Positions 1-10,398 are shown, counted from the first letter of the stretch. The stretch is 53,854 bases of DNA from an uncultured virus (IMG/VR IMGVR_UViG_2778261679_000001) (IMGVR_UViG_2778261679_000001); one strand, 5' to 3'. The notes: generated by a model from the letters alone, not told the origin. Numbers and translations are program-made.

Positions 1-191
1 TTAAAAATCCAGATTCATTTAATGAAGCTTACGAGCGACTAAAAGAATTGGCTTTTACAAAATCTGTTGAACATGGCAGTATTGATAACTTGCTAATTGA
101 AGGAACTATCCGAATCAAAGACTCTTTAAACTATCTTAGTTATAAGGGTAATATCCCTGTTCGTAGTGAAGCAGTTCTTTACTTTCTTTAA
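1..191 (+). CDS. hypothetical protein, 3' part (runs off window)
   Basis: Open frame from position 3 (KNPDSFNEAYERLKE...) to TAA at 189-191. Confidence 0.7.
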   Translation, partial: KNPDSFNEAYERLKELAFTKSVEHGSIDNLLIEGTIRIKDSLNYLSYKGNIPVRSEAVLYFL

Positions 192-308
192 TCTTTGATT
201 TTTCTTATTAACATTTATTGGACAAAAAAAATAAAAATAATGTAACAGCCTTTTAATTTGTAGATTATTTGGCTATTATATTAAAACAATATATTCTCGG
301 TTAAATAA

Positions 309-947
309 ATGGACATGACACTAGACGATTTTCTAAACAAAGATAATGTTGAAGTTAAACACATTAGAAAAAATGTAAGAAAAGCAGGAAACGATACTTA
401 TTATTATTCAGTTGCTCTCATTATTACTATCAAGCAGGGATTTGAAAACAAAGATTTAGAAATCGCATTCTTTCAAGAAAAAGATGAATCAAAAACCAAT
501 TTAATAATTGCACCTTCCATTAGACTTGGGAATAAAAACATTGGTTTGTTAAGTGTTTTTGAGATTGAACCCGATATTGCAAAAATCGTTAAAAATGAAA
601 TCGTTTCTTTTTTAACGGCTTTCGAATTTAACTTTTTGGGTTATGGCGAAACGCTTGACGATTTTAAAATCAAAAAACACAAAGATAATCAAGATATTTT
701 CTCTATTCACCCGCTTAAAGACATTGGCTACAATGACTCATTAGAAATTGAAAAAAATATATTCCGACACTTTCTAAAATCCAATAAAGCATTGAACTTT
801 GAAAATGAAAATGACATTGATTTTATCAAAGACCCAAAAATTTTTGATATTCTATGCCATTTAAAAATGAAAGAAATTGAAAATTTACTGTCTGGACATT
901 CTTCTAAAGATTGGGTTGATATTATTTTATTAAACAAAACTATCTAA
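309..947 (+). CDS. hypothetical protein
   Basis: 212-aa ORF with upstream -10 element. Confidence 0.75.
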   Translation: MDMTLDDFLNKDNVEVKHIRKNVRKAGNDTYYYSVALIITIKQGFENKDLEIAFFQEKDESKTNLIIAPSIRLGNKNIGLLSVFEIEPDIAKIVKNEIVSFLTAFEFNFLGYGETLDDFKIKKHKDNQDIFSIHPLKDIGYNDSLEIEKNIFRHFLKSNKALNFENENDIDFIKDPKIFDILCHLKMKEIENLLSGHSSKDWVDIILLNKTI

Positions 948-956
948 AGGTATTGT

Positions 957-1172
957 ATGACTGAAAAACGAGTTATGATTAAAAATCGACAAACTGGTAA
1001 GTATTGGTATGGGTTTGGAAAAGGTGAGTCAACCAGTAGTTTTTTTGAAGAACGAGATTATGAAGATACGACAATCAAACAAGCTACTCATTATGATCTA
1101 AATGACAAGCGAGAGTCTGATTATCTCAATGCAAACTTTAATGAAAAAGAGCATGAACTTATTGAAGTTTAA
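957..1172 (+). CDS. hypothetical protein
   Basis: AAGG RBS; followed by terminator AAAAGCCGC-TTCAA-GCGGCTTTT. Confidence 0.75.
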   Translation: MTEKRVMIKNRQTGKYWYGFGKGESTSSFFEERDYEDTTIKQATHYDLNDKRESDYLNANFNEKEHELIEV

Positions 1173-1217
1173 TAATTAAAAGAAAAGCCGCTTCAAGCGG
1201 CTTTTTTTGATTCTGAA

Positions 1218-1415
1218 TTATTCTTTCAACGATTCGTCTTTAATTTCCCAACGTCTATTACAGGTTGTGCAACAATCGTGGTTTTGATCGTAAATCAATG
1301 GCATACCAAAAGAACAAAAAGGACAAATCTCTGTCTCAGGCTTTTGTCTTACAGGTGGTTTCTTCTTTGGTTTTGAAAAAATTGCTTTAAGATTTGGAAT
1401 TTTAATCGTCTTCAT
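1218..1415 (-). CDS. small Zn-ribbon-like protein
   Basis: CPFC...CTTC motifs; minus-strand TATAAT near 1447; shares bidirectional terminator. Confidence 0.65.
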   Translation of the reverse strand: MKTIKIPNLKAIFSKPKKKPPVRQKPETEICPFCSFGMPLIYDQNHDCCTTCNRRWEIKDESLKE

Positions 1416-1549
1416 TTTGCTAATCTCTTCTTTGTCTATTTGCTTTATTATAGCAAGAAATCACCATTAGAACAAGTTTGTTTTTTTATTGCTTTAAATC
1501 TATTTTTATCGTATAATTAACTTAGTTTAAAAATCAAAAGGGCGCAGAA

Positions 1550-2617
1550 ATGCTAGTTTCAGTTCAAGACGTTAAAGTAAGAAAGCACACAGATTCTCAA
1601 CGTGAAAAAACGTATTATCTTGATTCTCTAATTAAAAGAAAAATCAAAGAGAAAGGCTCTGTTTTCCCTAAGCTTTTCCGTCACCTTGATACTTTTGACA
1701 TGGAACAAGTTTCTAAGCACATTTCAGAAGATTTTGGTTTAAACATGCGTAAGCTGCAGGTTTCTACCTCTTACATTGGAAGCAGCCACACGGTAAGTTA
1801 TGCAGAAGGTGGTGATATTTTCATTCACAACGGTCATAGACACTCTTTAATGGTTCTTCTTCATGAATACGCTCATATTTTTACAGATTTCTTTTTCCGT
1901 TCTGTAAATGGTTCTGCTCATGACGGTTATTTTAATGCTGCATACCGATTTTTACTAAATCATTATCATATTTTGTCTTATGACGAATTTAATGAACTTG
2001 CTAAGATTGCAAAAGTTGAAGTCTATGTTGACGCAATCGCAGGTTTCGATTTTGTTACAGAAGACGTTTTTAACAGTCTCTATCAAGAACTTGTTGAAAA
2101 TGATAAAGACGTTTACTTGCCGTATTGGGTTCGCTGTAATGGCTTAGAGCGCAATATTTTCAATGGTAAAAGAACGGTTCATTACTTTATTAAAAACCCT
2201 ATCACTGGTCAATTTATTGTTTCTTCTGTTAATAAGTGTCATTTTGAATATAGTCATGAATTTTCAGAAATGACAAAAGAAGAAATGAAAAATACTGTAT
2301 TGCTATCACCTGTTTTCCTTATGGACGAAAGCGGTGAAAAAGTAACAGGTCGAGATTTTGGTAGTCCAAGAGGTTGTTATGGCTATGCTATTGCTGATGG
2401 ACGCAACATTGACAATGGCTTATGTGGCTTTCACTCAACTTCTGGCTTCTACTCATACGGTTGCGAAAAAGAAGACAAAAAAGATTCCGCAAAAGAACTT
2501 AGCAATGATGTTAAATACTTTAAAAAATCTGGTCTTAATGTCATTAAAACCACTTCTGAAAAAGAATATCGTCGTTTATATTCACTTATGAGAGAACGTT
2601 ATTACGATGTAAGATAA
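1550..2617 (+). CDS. HExxH zinc metallopeptidase-like (SprT-like) domain protein
   Basis: LLHEYAH followed by AHDGYF. Confidence 0.55.
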   Translation: MLVSVQDVKVRKHTDSQREKTYYLDSLIKRKIKEKGSVFPKLFRHLDTFDMEQVSKHISEDFGLNMRKLQVSTSYIGSSHTVSYAEGGDIFIHNGHRHSLMVLLHEYAHIFTDFFFRSVNGSAHDGYFNAAYRFLLNHYHILSYDEFNELAKIAKVEVYVDAIAGFDFVTEDVFNSLYQELVENDKDVYLPYWVRCNGLERNIFNGKRTVHYFIKNPITGQFIVSSVNKCHFEYSHEFSEMTKEEMKNTVLLSPVFLMDESGEKVTGRDFGSPRGCYGYAIADGRNIDNGLCGFHSTSGFYSYGCEKEDKKDSAKELSNDVKYFKKSGLNVIKTTSEKEYRRLYSLMRERYYDVR

Positions 2618-2685
2618 TTTGTTACAATTTAATCGACGATTAAAACAAAATCTTATTTAAATAACCAATTTAAAAGACAACCAAT

Positions 2686-2988
2686 ATGACTATTCCTGAA
2701 TACTGGTGTTGTTTGACTGACGAAGGCAACACCTTTTACACTGAACTTGCAAAAAAATACCAACCCATTTTCGAAAGCACCGAAGAACCTGTCGAATCAA
2801 TGATTGCTTATTTGAAAGAAGGCGTTGCATTTGAAGCAACTCCTGATGGTCTTAACGCAGACGTCACAAAAGAAGTTCAAGCGTTTGTTTACCAATTTGT
2901 TTCAGACTCATTAAAACGATTTAATGTAACAGAAGAACAAGTTAACGAACTTTATTGGGAAGCGTATTATGACTACAATTTTACCTAA
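2686..2988 (+). CDS. hypothetical protein
   Basis: 100-aa ORF with phage-like codon use. Confidence 0.75.
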   Translation: MTIPEYWCCLTDEGNTFYTELAKKYQPIFESTEEPVESMIAYLKEGVAFEATPDGLNADVTKEVQAFVYQFVSDSLKRFNVTEEQVNELYWEAYYDYNFT

Positions 2989-3077
2989 TTTTTTATCTTT
3001 TACCTTTGATTCTTGTTTTTATTTTTGATATAATACACGCATTCATTAAACAGTTATTTAGATTAAGGTTTAAGCCC

Positions 3078-3392
3078 ATGATTGAAGTTAAAAACAAGAG
3101 CATTGCTACTATTGTTCTAAAACTTGTGCAAAAAAAGAAAAAGAATCTTTTTGAAATCGATCTACACGAAGCTGTCGAGCGAATTAAAGGTAGCACTGTT
3201 TTCTTTGACGACTTAGAAATCAAACCTATTGTTTCAAACTGGCTTATGCTTAATTCTGATAAACAACAAGAAGCTTTGAAAACAAATCCACATTTGAAAA
3301 AGTTTCAAAAAAACATTACAGAATCATTCGCAGAGTTCGACACTACTCCTGAAGAGTTTTTCACTACCATTCATAACACTTACAAAAAATAA
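3078..3392 (+). CDS. hypothetical protein
   Basis: Start moved to the ATG after AAGG RBS. Confidence 0.7.
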   Translation: MIEVKNKSIATIVLKLVQKKKKNLFEIDLHEAVERIKGSTVFFDDLEIKPIVSNWLMLNSDKQQEALKTNPHLKKFQKNITESFAEFDTTPEEFFTTIHNTYKK

Positions 3393-3400
3393 GGCTTATT

Positions 3401-3892
3401 ATGCTTCTCGAAGAAAACGAAATTACAGAAGAAACCATTAACAAAAAAACACATAGTCGAACCGTTTTAATCCTACCAACAGAAGGTGTTGAAATTGGAG
3501 CTGTTTTTGAAGCGAATTTTAACGTGGAAAAAGTCCTTGACGAAGAAGATTCAAATTGTTTTCTTTCTGACACTTCTCTGATGGCAGAAGTTCGCCCGTC
3601 TAAACATGCTTTTATCATTTCCGATATTAGCACTATTAATTTTGATACTTTTGTCAAACCGCAAGAAGTTTTTGACTTTGAAGATATCAAAGAAGAATCA
3701 AAAGGTGTTATTTATCAATTTCCAATGGGTTTTGACACTGAAAATGATAGCTATGACGAAGTTATGAAAAAAGTTGGCATTGACACTTTGCTTTCTTGGT
3801 TCGACGACGAAAAAGACCCATTTATGAGAATCTTTAACGAGATTCATAAAATTTATGGCAATGACCCGAAAAACTTTATCTTAAAAAAATAA
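3401..3892 (+). CDS. hypothetical acidic protein
   Basis: 163-aa ORF, AAGG RBS. Confidence 0.75.
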   Translation: MLLEENEITEETINKKTHSRTVLILPTEGVEIGAVFEANFNVEKVLDEEDSNCFLSDTSLMAEVRPSKHAFIISDISTINFDTFVKPQEVFDFEDIKEESKGVIYQFPMGFDTENDSYDEVMKKVGIDTLLSWFDDEKDPFMRIFNEIHKIYGNDPKNFILKK

Positions 3893-3911
3893 TTGTTTTA
3901 AAAATAAATAA

Positions 3912-3946
3912 AAAGCCTTGTCTATACAGGGCTTTTTTTGTATAAT
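3912..3946 (+). promoter_or_regulatory. fused terminator hairpin / sigma70 promoter
   Basis: AAAGCCTTGT-CTAT-ACAGGGCTTTT; TTGTCT 3918-23, 17 nt, TATAAT 3941-46. Confidence 0.7.
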
Positions 3947-3975
3947 AGCCTTATCGTTTTTTTTAAGGCTATCTC

Positions 3976-4425
3976 ATGATTTTTTATCGAATTGAATGCA
4001 ATGGTTTAGGTCTTTATGATTCAGGTTGTGGTCATAGAGCGCAAGACTTAACAACTGCAGAACATTCTATTTCTCAGCAATCACCTGAAAGAGCTTTTCC
4101 CGACATCTTCAATTATTTGAATGATGATCGCAAAAACTATTACTTTGCATTCCCTACCATTGAAGCAATTTATGAATGGTTCAACACTGTTGAATCTATT
4201 GCATATCTTGAGTTTAGAGAATGTGAAATTTTGAAATATGAAATTGATGGTGATTATCATATTTCTGGCAATCAGCTTATCTATCGCAAAGGAAAAGAAA
4301 CATTTATTGAAAAAGTGCCTTTTTCTTATGATAATCTGGAAAAACTTACACACATTAAAATCCATATTCCTTATAAATTTCGAAATTACCTTATCGAAAA
4401 CAACTTAACAGAGTATTCATTATGA
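3976..4425 (+). CDS. hypothetical protein
   Basis: 149-aa ORF, AAGG RBS. Confidence 0.75.
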   Translation: MIFYRIECNGLGLYDSGCGHRAQDLTTAEHSISQQSPERAFPDIFNYLNDDRKNYYFAFPTIEAIYEWFNTVESIAYLEFRECEILKYEIDGDYHISGNQLIYRKGKETFIEKVPFSYDNLEKLTHIKIHIPYKFRNYLIENNLTEYSL

Positions 4426-4838
4426 ATGAAATTGAAAAATTCCTAAAAGAACAAAACTTACCAAGCGACATTGAAAACGCTATCACCAAAGAATTTATCA
4501 CTCGATTTTTTATAGATAATCCAGAAGAGTTTTCAAAGATTTCTCAGCGAGTTTTCAATCAACAAACACAAAAGATTAAAGACTTGGAACAGAAGCAAAA
4601 ACAGACGCATGTTGCTTTAATGCCTGTCATTTCAATGTGCATGTTTGGCAATCAAAATTCAACAAACGTTTCATCGTTCCGTGGTCTTCTTGGTGATCGT
4701 AAAACAGAAGATCGAGTTGACGAAAATATGGAAAAAGTATTTCAACACTTAACTGTTGATAAAAAAATTGTTTTAAAATTGCGTGAAGATGGGGGATTAG
4801 ACGTTCCAGATTCACTCAGAGAAGAAACAGAAGAGTAA
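4422..4838 (+). CDS. hypothetical protein
   Basis: ATGA overlap with previous gene. Confidence 0.75.
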   Translation: MNEIEKFLKEQNLPSDIENAITKEFITRFFIDNPEEFSKISQRVFNQQTQKIKDLEQKQKQTHVALMPVISMCMFGNQNSTNVSSFRGLLGDRKTEDRVDENMEKVFQHLTVDKKIVLKLREDGGLDVPDSLREETEE

Positions 4839-4972
4839 CTGATTGATTTTAAATAGATAATTTTATTTAAAAAGTCACATTATTGTGGCTTTTTTTATTG
4901 ATTTTTGATTTGTTTTATTGTATAATTAAGCCATAGATTAAATGATTAGGTTGAAACTAAATGGAGGTAAAA

Positions 4973-5464
4973 ATGACTTTAAAAAAACTTTTTTTGATTA
5001 TCGTTTTGATTGTTTCTGCTCTATTGGTATGGTTTCTTGATAAACCCCTTGCAGTAGCTACTAATGGACTGCCTTTTCAATTAGAAAAAGAAATTGATTT
5101 TGAACATCGTGGGGAATACATTCAAATATCCGAGTATGCCCAAAAAGCAGGGTATGACTTAGGCATTCGTTTTATTCCTGACGAAAATTTAGTTGGTGAT
5201 TATAACTATGACGATTATTTCATTTTATATCAAAAAGATGAGATGCCGTCTAATATTGTAACTAGAAGAGTGTTTGACTCCATTGAGGAATGTCAAAAAA
5301 ATGCTGAAAAAGTCTTTAATATTTTAAATAAAGACGAGATTTACGAAGAAAAAGCAAATGGTTCAGTCCTAACAAACAGAACCGAGAGCATTCAATGGTC
5401 TTGTCACCAAAGTATTAAAGAAAAAAACAAATTTCAACAATATATAAACTACTACTTAAATTAA
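4973..5464 (+). CDS. membrane-anchored or secreted hypothetical protein
   Basis: GGAGG RBS; N-terminal basic plus hydrophobic segment. Confidence 0.7.
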   Translation: MTLKKLFLIIVLIVSALLVWFLDKPLAVATNGLPFQLEKEIDFEHRGEYIQISEYAQKAGYDLGIRFIPDENLVGDYNYDDYFILYQKDEMPSNIVTRRVFDSIEECQKNAEKVFNILNKDEIYEEKANGSVLTNRTESIQWSCHQSIKEKNKFQQYINYYLN

Positions 5465-5470
5465 AAAAAT

Positions 5471-5504
5471 AAACCTTGCTTTTTAAGCAGGGTTTTTTTA
5501 TAAT
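5471..5504 (+). promoter_or_regulatory. fused terminator hairpin / sigma70 promoter
   Basis: TTGCTT 5476-81 within hairpin arm, 17 nt, TATAAT 5499-5504. Confidence 0.7.
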
Positions 5505-5539
5505 AAATATATCCTACATTTAGCAACTAAAGGTTTATT

Positions 5540-6109
5540 ATGAGCAAGAAATCTCGTCTTTTTGCCGACAAAAAACATCAAGAAGCAGGAACGCTATTTA
5601 ACGGCAAAAGATACCGTGTTCATACTGATGGCGTTGCTAACATTGTTAAAAACACAATTATCACTTACCCGTCATACGTAGACAGAATGCAACTATTAAC
5701 CTATTCTGTTGAAACTGCCGATTTACACGATACACTTGAAGATACAGACACTACATTTGAAGAACTTGTTTCAGAATTTGGTGAAGTCGTTGCTAAGTCT
5801 GTTGATAACGTAACTGATATTGACGCAGAAAATCGTGAAGAACGTAAAAGACTTACCATTCAAAGATTTGCTCATTTTGAAGTAAGTGTTCTATCCGAAC
5901 TTATTGCATTGATTGTAAAACCTGCTGATCGCTACCATAACTGGTACACAGCTATCAAGCTAAACCAGAAAAAATACATTAAAATGTATTACCGTGAATA
6001 TCCTATATTCAAGCTTTCTGTCTACCGTCCTGATTTGGTCGAAAAGCTATGGAGCGACTTAGACGAACTTGATTTATATGTTCGAAAGAACTACAATTTT
6101 ACTCGATAA
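5540..6109 (+). CDS. HD-domain small alarmone hydrolase, (p)ppGpp hydrolase / Mesh1-like
   Basis: H...YxxH, LHDTLEDT, FGEVVAKSVDNVTD and VKPADRYHN match the RelA/SpoT hydrolase domain. Confidence 0.75.
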   Translation: MSKKSRLFADKKHQEAGTLFNGKRYRVHTDGVANIVKNTIITYPSYVDRMQLLTYSVETADLHDTLEDTDTTFEELVSEFGEVVAKSVDNVTDIDAENREERKRLTIQRFAHFEVSVLSELIALIVKPADRYHNWYTAIKLNQKKYIKMYYREYPIFKLSVYRPDLVEKLWSDLDELDLYVRKNYNFTR

Positions 6110-6225
6110 TTAGATTTATTTTAAAAAAGGCTATTTTTATAGTCTTTTTTATTGACCTTTATTAATAATTCTAGTATTATTTATGCAAATTAAAATATAT
6201 TTTGTAAACAACAAAGGTAAATACC

Positions 6226-6750
6226 ATGTCAAAACAAGCTAAACAATTCGCTATTGCTAAATCGTCAAATGGCACAATTGGTCTAATTACTTCAAAAGAA
6301 ATGGTAGACCATACTTACCCAGATCAAACAGAACCGACTCAGGTTTGGAAAGGCGTTATCATCCAACCTAATACATTTACGGGACGTAATGGCTCGATCA
6401 TCGAAGCAAAAGCAGGTGGTCTATGGACTTCTTCTAACCCAGAAGTTATTGGCTATGCCGACCCTGAAATGATTGCACAGCTTGTGCAAGACTCTAATGA
6501 AGTTCAGCAGTTCTCTATCGCTAAATCATCAAATGGCACTGTCGGTCTAATCACTTCAAAAGAAATGGTAGATCATATCTATCCTGACAAAGAAGAAGCA
6601 ACTAAGGTCTGGAAAGGTGTTATCATTCAGCCTAATACCTTCACTGTTGGCGAAGACAAGGTTATTGAAGCAAAAGCGGGTGGTCTATGGACTTCTTCAA
6701 ATCCACAAGTCGTTGGTCATATTGATCCTGCAATGATTGAAGCTGCTTAA
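6226..6750 (+). CDS. hypothetical protein with two near-identical ~88-aa domains
   Basis: QFxIAKSSNGTxGLITSKEMVDH...GGLWTSSNP occurs twice. Confidence 0.8.
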   Translation: MSKQAKQFAIAKSSNGTIGLITSKEMVDHTYPDQTEPTQVWKGVIIQPNTFTGRNGSIIEAKAGGLWTSSNPEVIGYADPEMIAQLVQDSNEVQQFSIAKSSNGTVGLITSKEMVDHIYPDKEEATKVWKGVIIQPNTFTVGEDKVIEAKAGGLWTSSNPQVVGHIDPAMIEAA

Positions 6751-6776
6751 AAATAACTTGTTTTAAAAACAAATAA

Positions 6777-6810
6777 AAACCTTGCTTTCATAGCAGGGTT
6801 TTTTTATAAT
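6777..6810 (+). promoter_or_regulatory. fused terminator hairpin / sigma70 promoter
   Basis: TTGCTT 6782-87, 17 nt, TATAAT 6805-10. Confidence 0.7.
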
Positions 6811-6839
6811 AGTCGTATCATAAATAACAAGGTTTTAAA

Positions 6840-7181
6840 ATGAAAAATTTATCAGTTTCTATTAAAGGCACTTATGAAAGTTGTGACCGTAGACGCTTAT
6901 TCGTTTATCTCGAAAACGCTGATATGTCGAATATTGATAATGTTCCTTGTTATGCAGGTGAGCATCTTAGAGATGCTATCCAACAAGTTTTTCAACTTGC
7001 CGACTTTTTTGAGCTAGAACGACCTAGCCTTGATCACTTAATCTCTGACCGTCTTTTTTCAAAAGACGAAATCAATTCTGCAATTGAAGACGTTAGCGGA
7101 ATGATTGAAATGTTTGAACGCAACAAACAAATGAGAATTGAAATGAAAAAAGAAAGTAAGAAACAATCAACTTCTAAATAA
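6840..7181 (+). CDS. hypothetical protein
   Basis: ORF with AAGG RBS. Confidence 0.75.
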   Translation: MKNLSVSIKGTYESCDRRRLFVYLENADMSNIDNVPCYAGEHLRDAIQQVFQLADFFELERPSLDHLISDRLFSKDEINSAIEDVSGMIEMFERNKQMRIEMKKESKKQSTSK

Positions 7182-7285
7182 TTTGTTTTAAAAATAGTAA
7201 AATAAACCTTGTTTTTTAATTTTTGTTTTGCTATTATATATTCTCAGTCAGGGCATTCACCACTATCTAAGCAAAGGGCAAGATT

Positions 7286-7831
7286 ATGACTAACGCACAA
7301 AAAGAATTGGTTTCTCTAATTAACTCTCTAAACAACGCTAACAACGTTGAGGGTTCTTTATGGTTTCAAGCTTTGTCTACTGATCTAGCTTACTGGGCTA
7401 AGTTTGGTGTGGAAACTGTTAAAGATTTCCAAGCAAAAGCGGCTGCTTTTGCCGAGCATCTTGATGCTATGGCTAAAAAACAAGAGGTAGAAAATGTTTC
7501 TATTGGTCTTGTTACTGACCTAGAACACTGGAATGTTCGTGGTATCCAAACTGTTGAGCAATTGGATCATTACCTAGCTCAATCAACCCACTATGACCTT
7601 TACAAAGAGGTTAATGGGATTCGTCCACGTTGGTTTAAGTATGACGAAATGACCACGGAAGAAATCGAAAAGGAAATCGACTCTCTTTGTAACCAAATGG
7701 AGAAAGAAGAACAATGGCAAAAGGAAATTGAAGAAGCGGAGCAAAAGGAACACGAAGAACGTAAAGCTCGTAATGCTTATCAGCCTAACTTGGCTTTGAG
7801 TGGCTTAAAAGATTTAATGGACAAGCAATAG
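7286..7831 (+). CDS. hypothetical protein with internal repeat and acidic coiled coil
   Basis: LSTDLAYWAKFGVETV / LVTDLEHWNVRGIQTV. Confidence 0.8.
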   Translation: MTNAQKELVSLINSLNNANNVEGSLWFQALSTDLAYWAKFGVETVKDFQAKAAAFAEHLDAMAKKQEVENVSIGLVTDLEHWNVRGIQTVEQLDHYLAQSTHYDLYKEVNGIRPRWFKYDEMTTEEIEKEIDSLCNQMEKEEQWQKEIEEAEQKEHEERKARNAYQPNLALSGLKDLMDKQ

Positions 7832-7893
7832 CTTGTCCTTTTAAAAAGTCCTTTCTCATTTTACTTCAAATCATAGATTAATCGAGAATAATC

Positions 7894-8442
7894 ATGAAAA
7901 AAAACAAAATCGATCTGATTAAGTTTCATCGAAATGCTATTTTTAAAAATGCAGCTAAAACATTTAAACCAAGTATTCGCAACGAGTTTATGCGTATCAC
8001 TCAAATTATGTTAAATGAAAACCCTACTCTTTGGTTGAAGATTTTTGAATTTGAAACAATGAATCTAAATCGAAAAGAACTAGGCGAATTTCATAGTCAG
8101 GTTAATGAACTTCGAAAAAACCTTAGAATCAAAGATCACTACCCTATTCTTACAACAGAGCAAGAAGAGCGAATTTATAAAGAGTTCTATTTCAGTTGTT
8201 TTATTCGAGACGAAGCGAACTCAAAATCTGCTTGTCTTACTACTTTGCGTGATGTTTCCTATCGTTATGACTTTCAATATTTCCCTGTTGAAAAGATTCA
8301 AAATCTGCATTACTTGCGCAGGAACATTCATGCAGAAAAGAAGATTCGTAAACACCTTAACAATCTTCTGAAAATTTTGCCTAAAATGATTGTTAGTGAA
8401 ATAAACAAAATTGACGCAAAAAAACATAATGTGGCTGTTTAA
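7894..8442 (+). CDS. hypothetical basic protein
   Basis: 182-aa ORF. Confidence 0.7.
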   Translation: MKKNKIDLIKFHRNAIFKNAAKTFKPSIRNEFMRITQIMLNENPTLWLKIFEFETMNLNRKELGEFHSQVNELRKNLRIKDHYPILTTEQEERIYKEFYFSCFIRDEANSKSACLTTLRDVSYRYDFQYFPVEKIQNLHYLRRNIHAEKKIRKHLNNLLKILPKMIVSEINKIDAKKHNVAV

Positions 8443-8476
8443 TACAGCCTTAAACACACGTTAAAAGGTTTTTGTT

Positions 8477-8746
8477 GTGAATCAGATTGATATTGCTAAT
8501 CCACTTAATGCGGCTTTAATTGAAGATGCTGAAAGCGTTTCTAACACTCTTAATCAATCTGGTTCTGAACCTTTTTCATTTCTTGCTTTGCTTGTTCTTT
8601 TAATTTGTGTTGCTCCTGTCCTATTTTTCTTCTTTCGTTCTCTTGGTAGCGACACAAAAAACAATTCAACCCCATTGCACCTACCCGATAGTTTCCTTAA
8701 AAACTTAAAAATTAACGATATTCGTTTTAAAAACAAAAAAAAGTAA
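8477..8746 (+). CDS. single-TM hypothetical protein
   Basis: GTG start after AAGG; hydrophobic segment. Confidence 0.6.
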   Translation: MNQIDIANPLNAALIEDAESVSNTLNQSGSEPFSFLALLVLLICVAPVLFFFFRSLGSDTKNNSTPLHLPDSFLKNLKINDIRFKNKKK

Positions 8747-8818
8747 ATTACCATTATACTTCTCTTACTTGTTTTGATATAATATCTCTATCTTATAAAA
8801 GACAGAGAGAGTTTTGTT

Positions 8819-9157
8819 ATGTCAGAATTGATTAAACATGAAAACGGTGGTCATTCTTTTTCAATCCCTAAAAGTGCAGTTGAAAAATTAGGTTCTCAAC
8901 TTGTCCTTATCAACCTAGATCGAATTAAAAACTATTTTGAGACTATGGTTAAACACTATCCTGTTAAAGCCGAAAATCTTCCTGCTCTTAAAGACTATGC
9001 TAATATTCAAAGTGAAACATTGCCTAACACGTATGTAGTTTGTTCAGAGACAGATTTTAAGGTATTTATTGACGGAATAAAAAACAATGTCGATTTGATC
9101 ACTCGTAATGATTATTTGGCGAACAACAAAATTAATTCATACCACTTTGAGGTTTAA
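8819..9157 (+). CDS. hypothetical protein
   Basis: ORF with promoter and GAGAG RBS. Confidence 0.75.
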   Translation: MSELIKHENGGHSFSIPKSAVEKLGSQLVLINLDRIKNYFETMVKHYPVKAENLPALKDYANIQSETLPNTYVVCSETDFKVFIDGIKNNVDLITRNDYLANNKINSYHFEV

Positions 9158-9158
9158 A

Positions 9159-9566
9159 ATGGATATTCGAAAAGCAAATGAACTACTGGCTTCTATGATT
9201 AAAGATATCTATGAAGACCATGACGGAAAACTTTCAAAGAAGACTGGTTTAAAAGCAATGAATCTTGTTGCTACAAGCCCAGAGATTCAACGTTTGATTA
9301 ATATTGGTAATTATCCTGCATTTCGCAAACAAATCATTGCAGAGCTTAATGAGCAATCTGCAGAACTTAAAGAATCAAATGTTGTTTTTGCTGATTTACT
9401 TCGTGACCTATACACTAGTCGAACTGGTCGCTGTAAAAAATCAACTGCTAAAAAAGTTATGGTTTTTATGGAAAATAATTCAGATTTTCAACACCTTGCC
9501 AATATCGGAAATTACGAAAAACTAGAAACTCAGATTTCCGAAGATTTAAACAAAAAAGTTGCTTAA
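9159..9566 (+). CDS. hypothetical protein with two internal repeats
   Basis: GAGG RBS; both repeats end in QxLxNIGNY. Confidence 0.75.
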   Translation: MDIRKANELLASMIKDIYEDHDGKLSKKTGLKAMNLVATSPEIQRLINIGNYPAFRKQIIAELNEQSAELKESNVVFADLLRDLYTSRTGRCKKSTAKKVMVFMENNSDFQHLANIGNYEKLETQISEDLNKKVA

Positions 9567-9677
9567 TTTTTGTTTTTTTAAAACAAACCCCTTGCTATCC
9601 TAGTTAGGGGTTGCTATAATTACCACTCACTTGCAAAGACATTCTTTGTTAATTATCAAGCAAATTGGACGTTTATT

Positions 9678-10316
9678 ATGACTAGCCTATTTCACGTTGT
9701 TAAATTTGAAGAAATTCCTTACGAAAAATTTGATCACGCAGTTGTTTGCACAACTCTTGATCTAGATAGTGCTATTGAAAAAGCGGAAGAAGTGCTTGAA
9801 AAAGATATCTTTGATAAGTTTGGATACCGAGCAGAAGAAGAATCTGGTGTTTACATCGCTGATTTTAGACGTATCGCTGAATATGCTTCAAAAGAGATTT
9901 TTAAGCGTAAAAGGTGTTATGGTAATGAGCAAAATGTATTCATTCTTGAAGTGAAAGCAGGAGAACTTATTTCACTGCCGACTTTAACACATGAAAACAA
10001 AGGTGTTATTTGGCAAGCAAACGACGAAACGTTGTTTAAAATCTTCAACAAACACCTTGACCTTATTATGGTTCGAGACAATCTTGATATGCTTCCTAAA
10101 TCTGAAAAAACGATTCTTTGGGAGCAATTCAAGAAAGAAAAAAGCCTTCTTTCCAATGTTAGCCCTACATTGGAGCGTTTAAAGGCTCTTGGTTGTAAAA
10201 ATCGTCGCCTTTCTGTTAAGAACAAGCTTGAACTTAATATGAATGGTGCTGATATTTGGGCTATGACTTCAATCAACAAGCAAGAAGAAATGCTTTATCA
10301 AACCTATGAAGCGTAA
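9678..10316 (+). CDS. hypothetical protein, paralog of 32156-32764
   Basis: Shared LDLIxxRDxLxxLP and GAxxWxMT motifs. Confidence 0.8.
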   Translation: MTSLFHVVKFEEIPYEKFDHAVVCTTLDLDSAIEKAEEVLEKDIFDKFGYRAEEESGVYIADFRRIAEYASKEIFKRKRCYGNEQNVFILEVKAGELISLPTLTHENKGVIWQANDETLFKIFNKHLDLIMVRDNLDMLPKSEKTILWEQFKKEKSLLSNVSPTLERLKALGCKNRRLSVKNKLELNMNGADIWAMTSINKQEEMLYQTYEA

Positions 10317-10344
10317 TTAAAATCAAAAAAAAGATAACAAAAAG

Positions 10345-10398
10345 CACAATTCATCCCCGCCCTAGAAACGGGCGAGGGTTTCTTGTGGTTTATTCGCT
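10345..10398 (+). mobile_element. possible solo IS200/IS605-superfamily end hairpin (remnant)
   Basis: CAATTCATCCCCGCCCTAGAAACGGGCGAGGGTTTCTTG resembles ends of TnpB/IscB elements; no transposase nearby. Confidence 0.35.
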
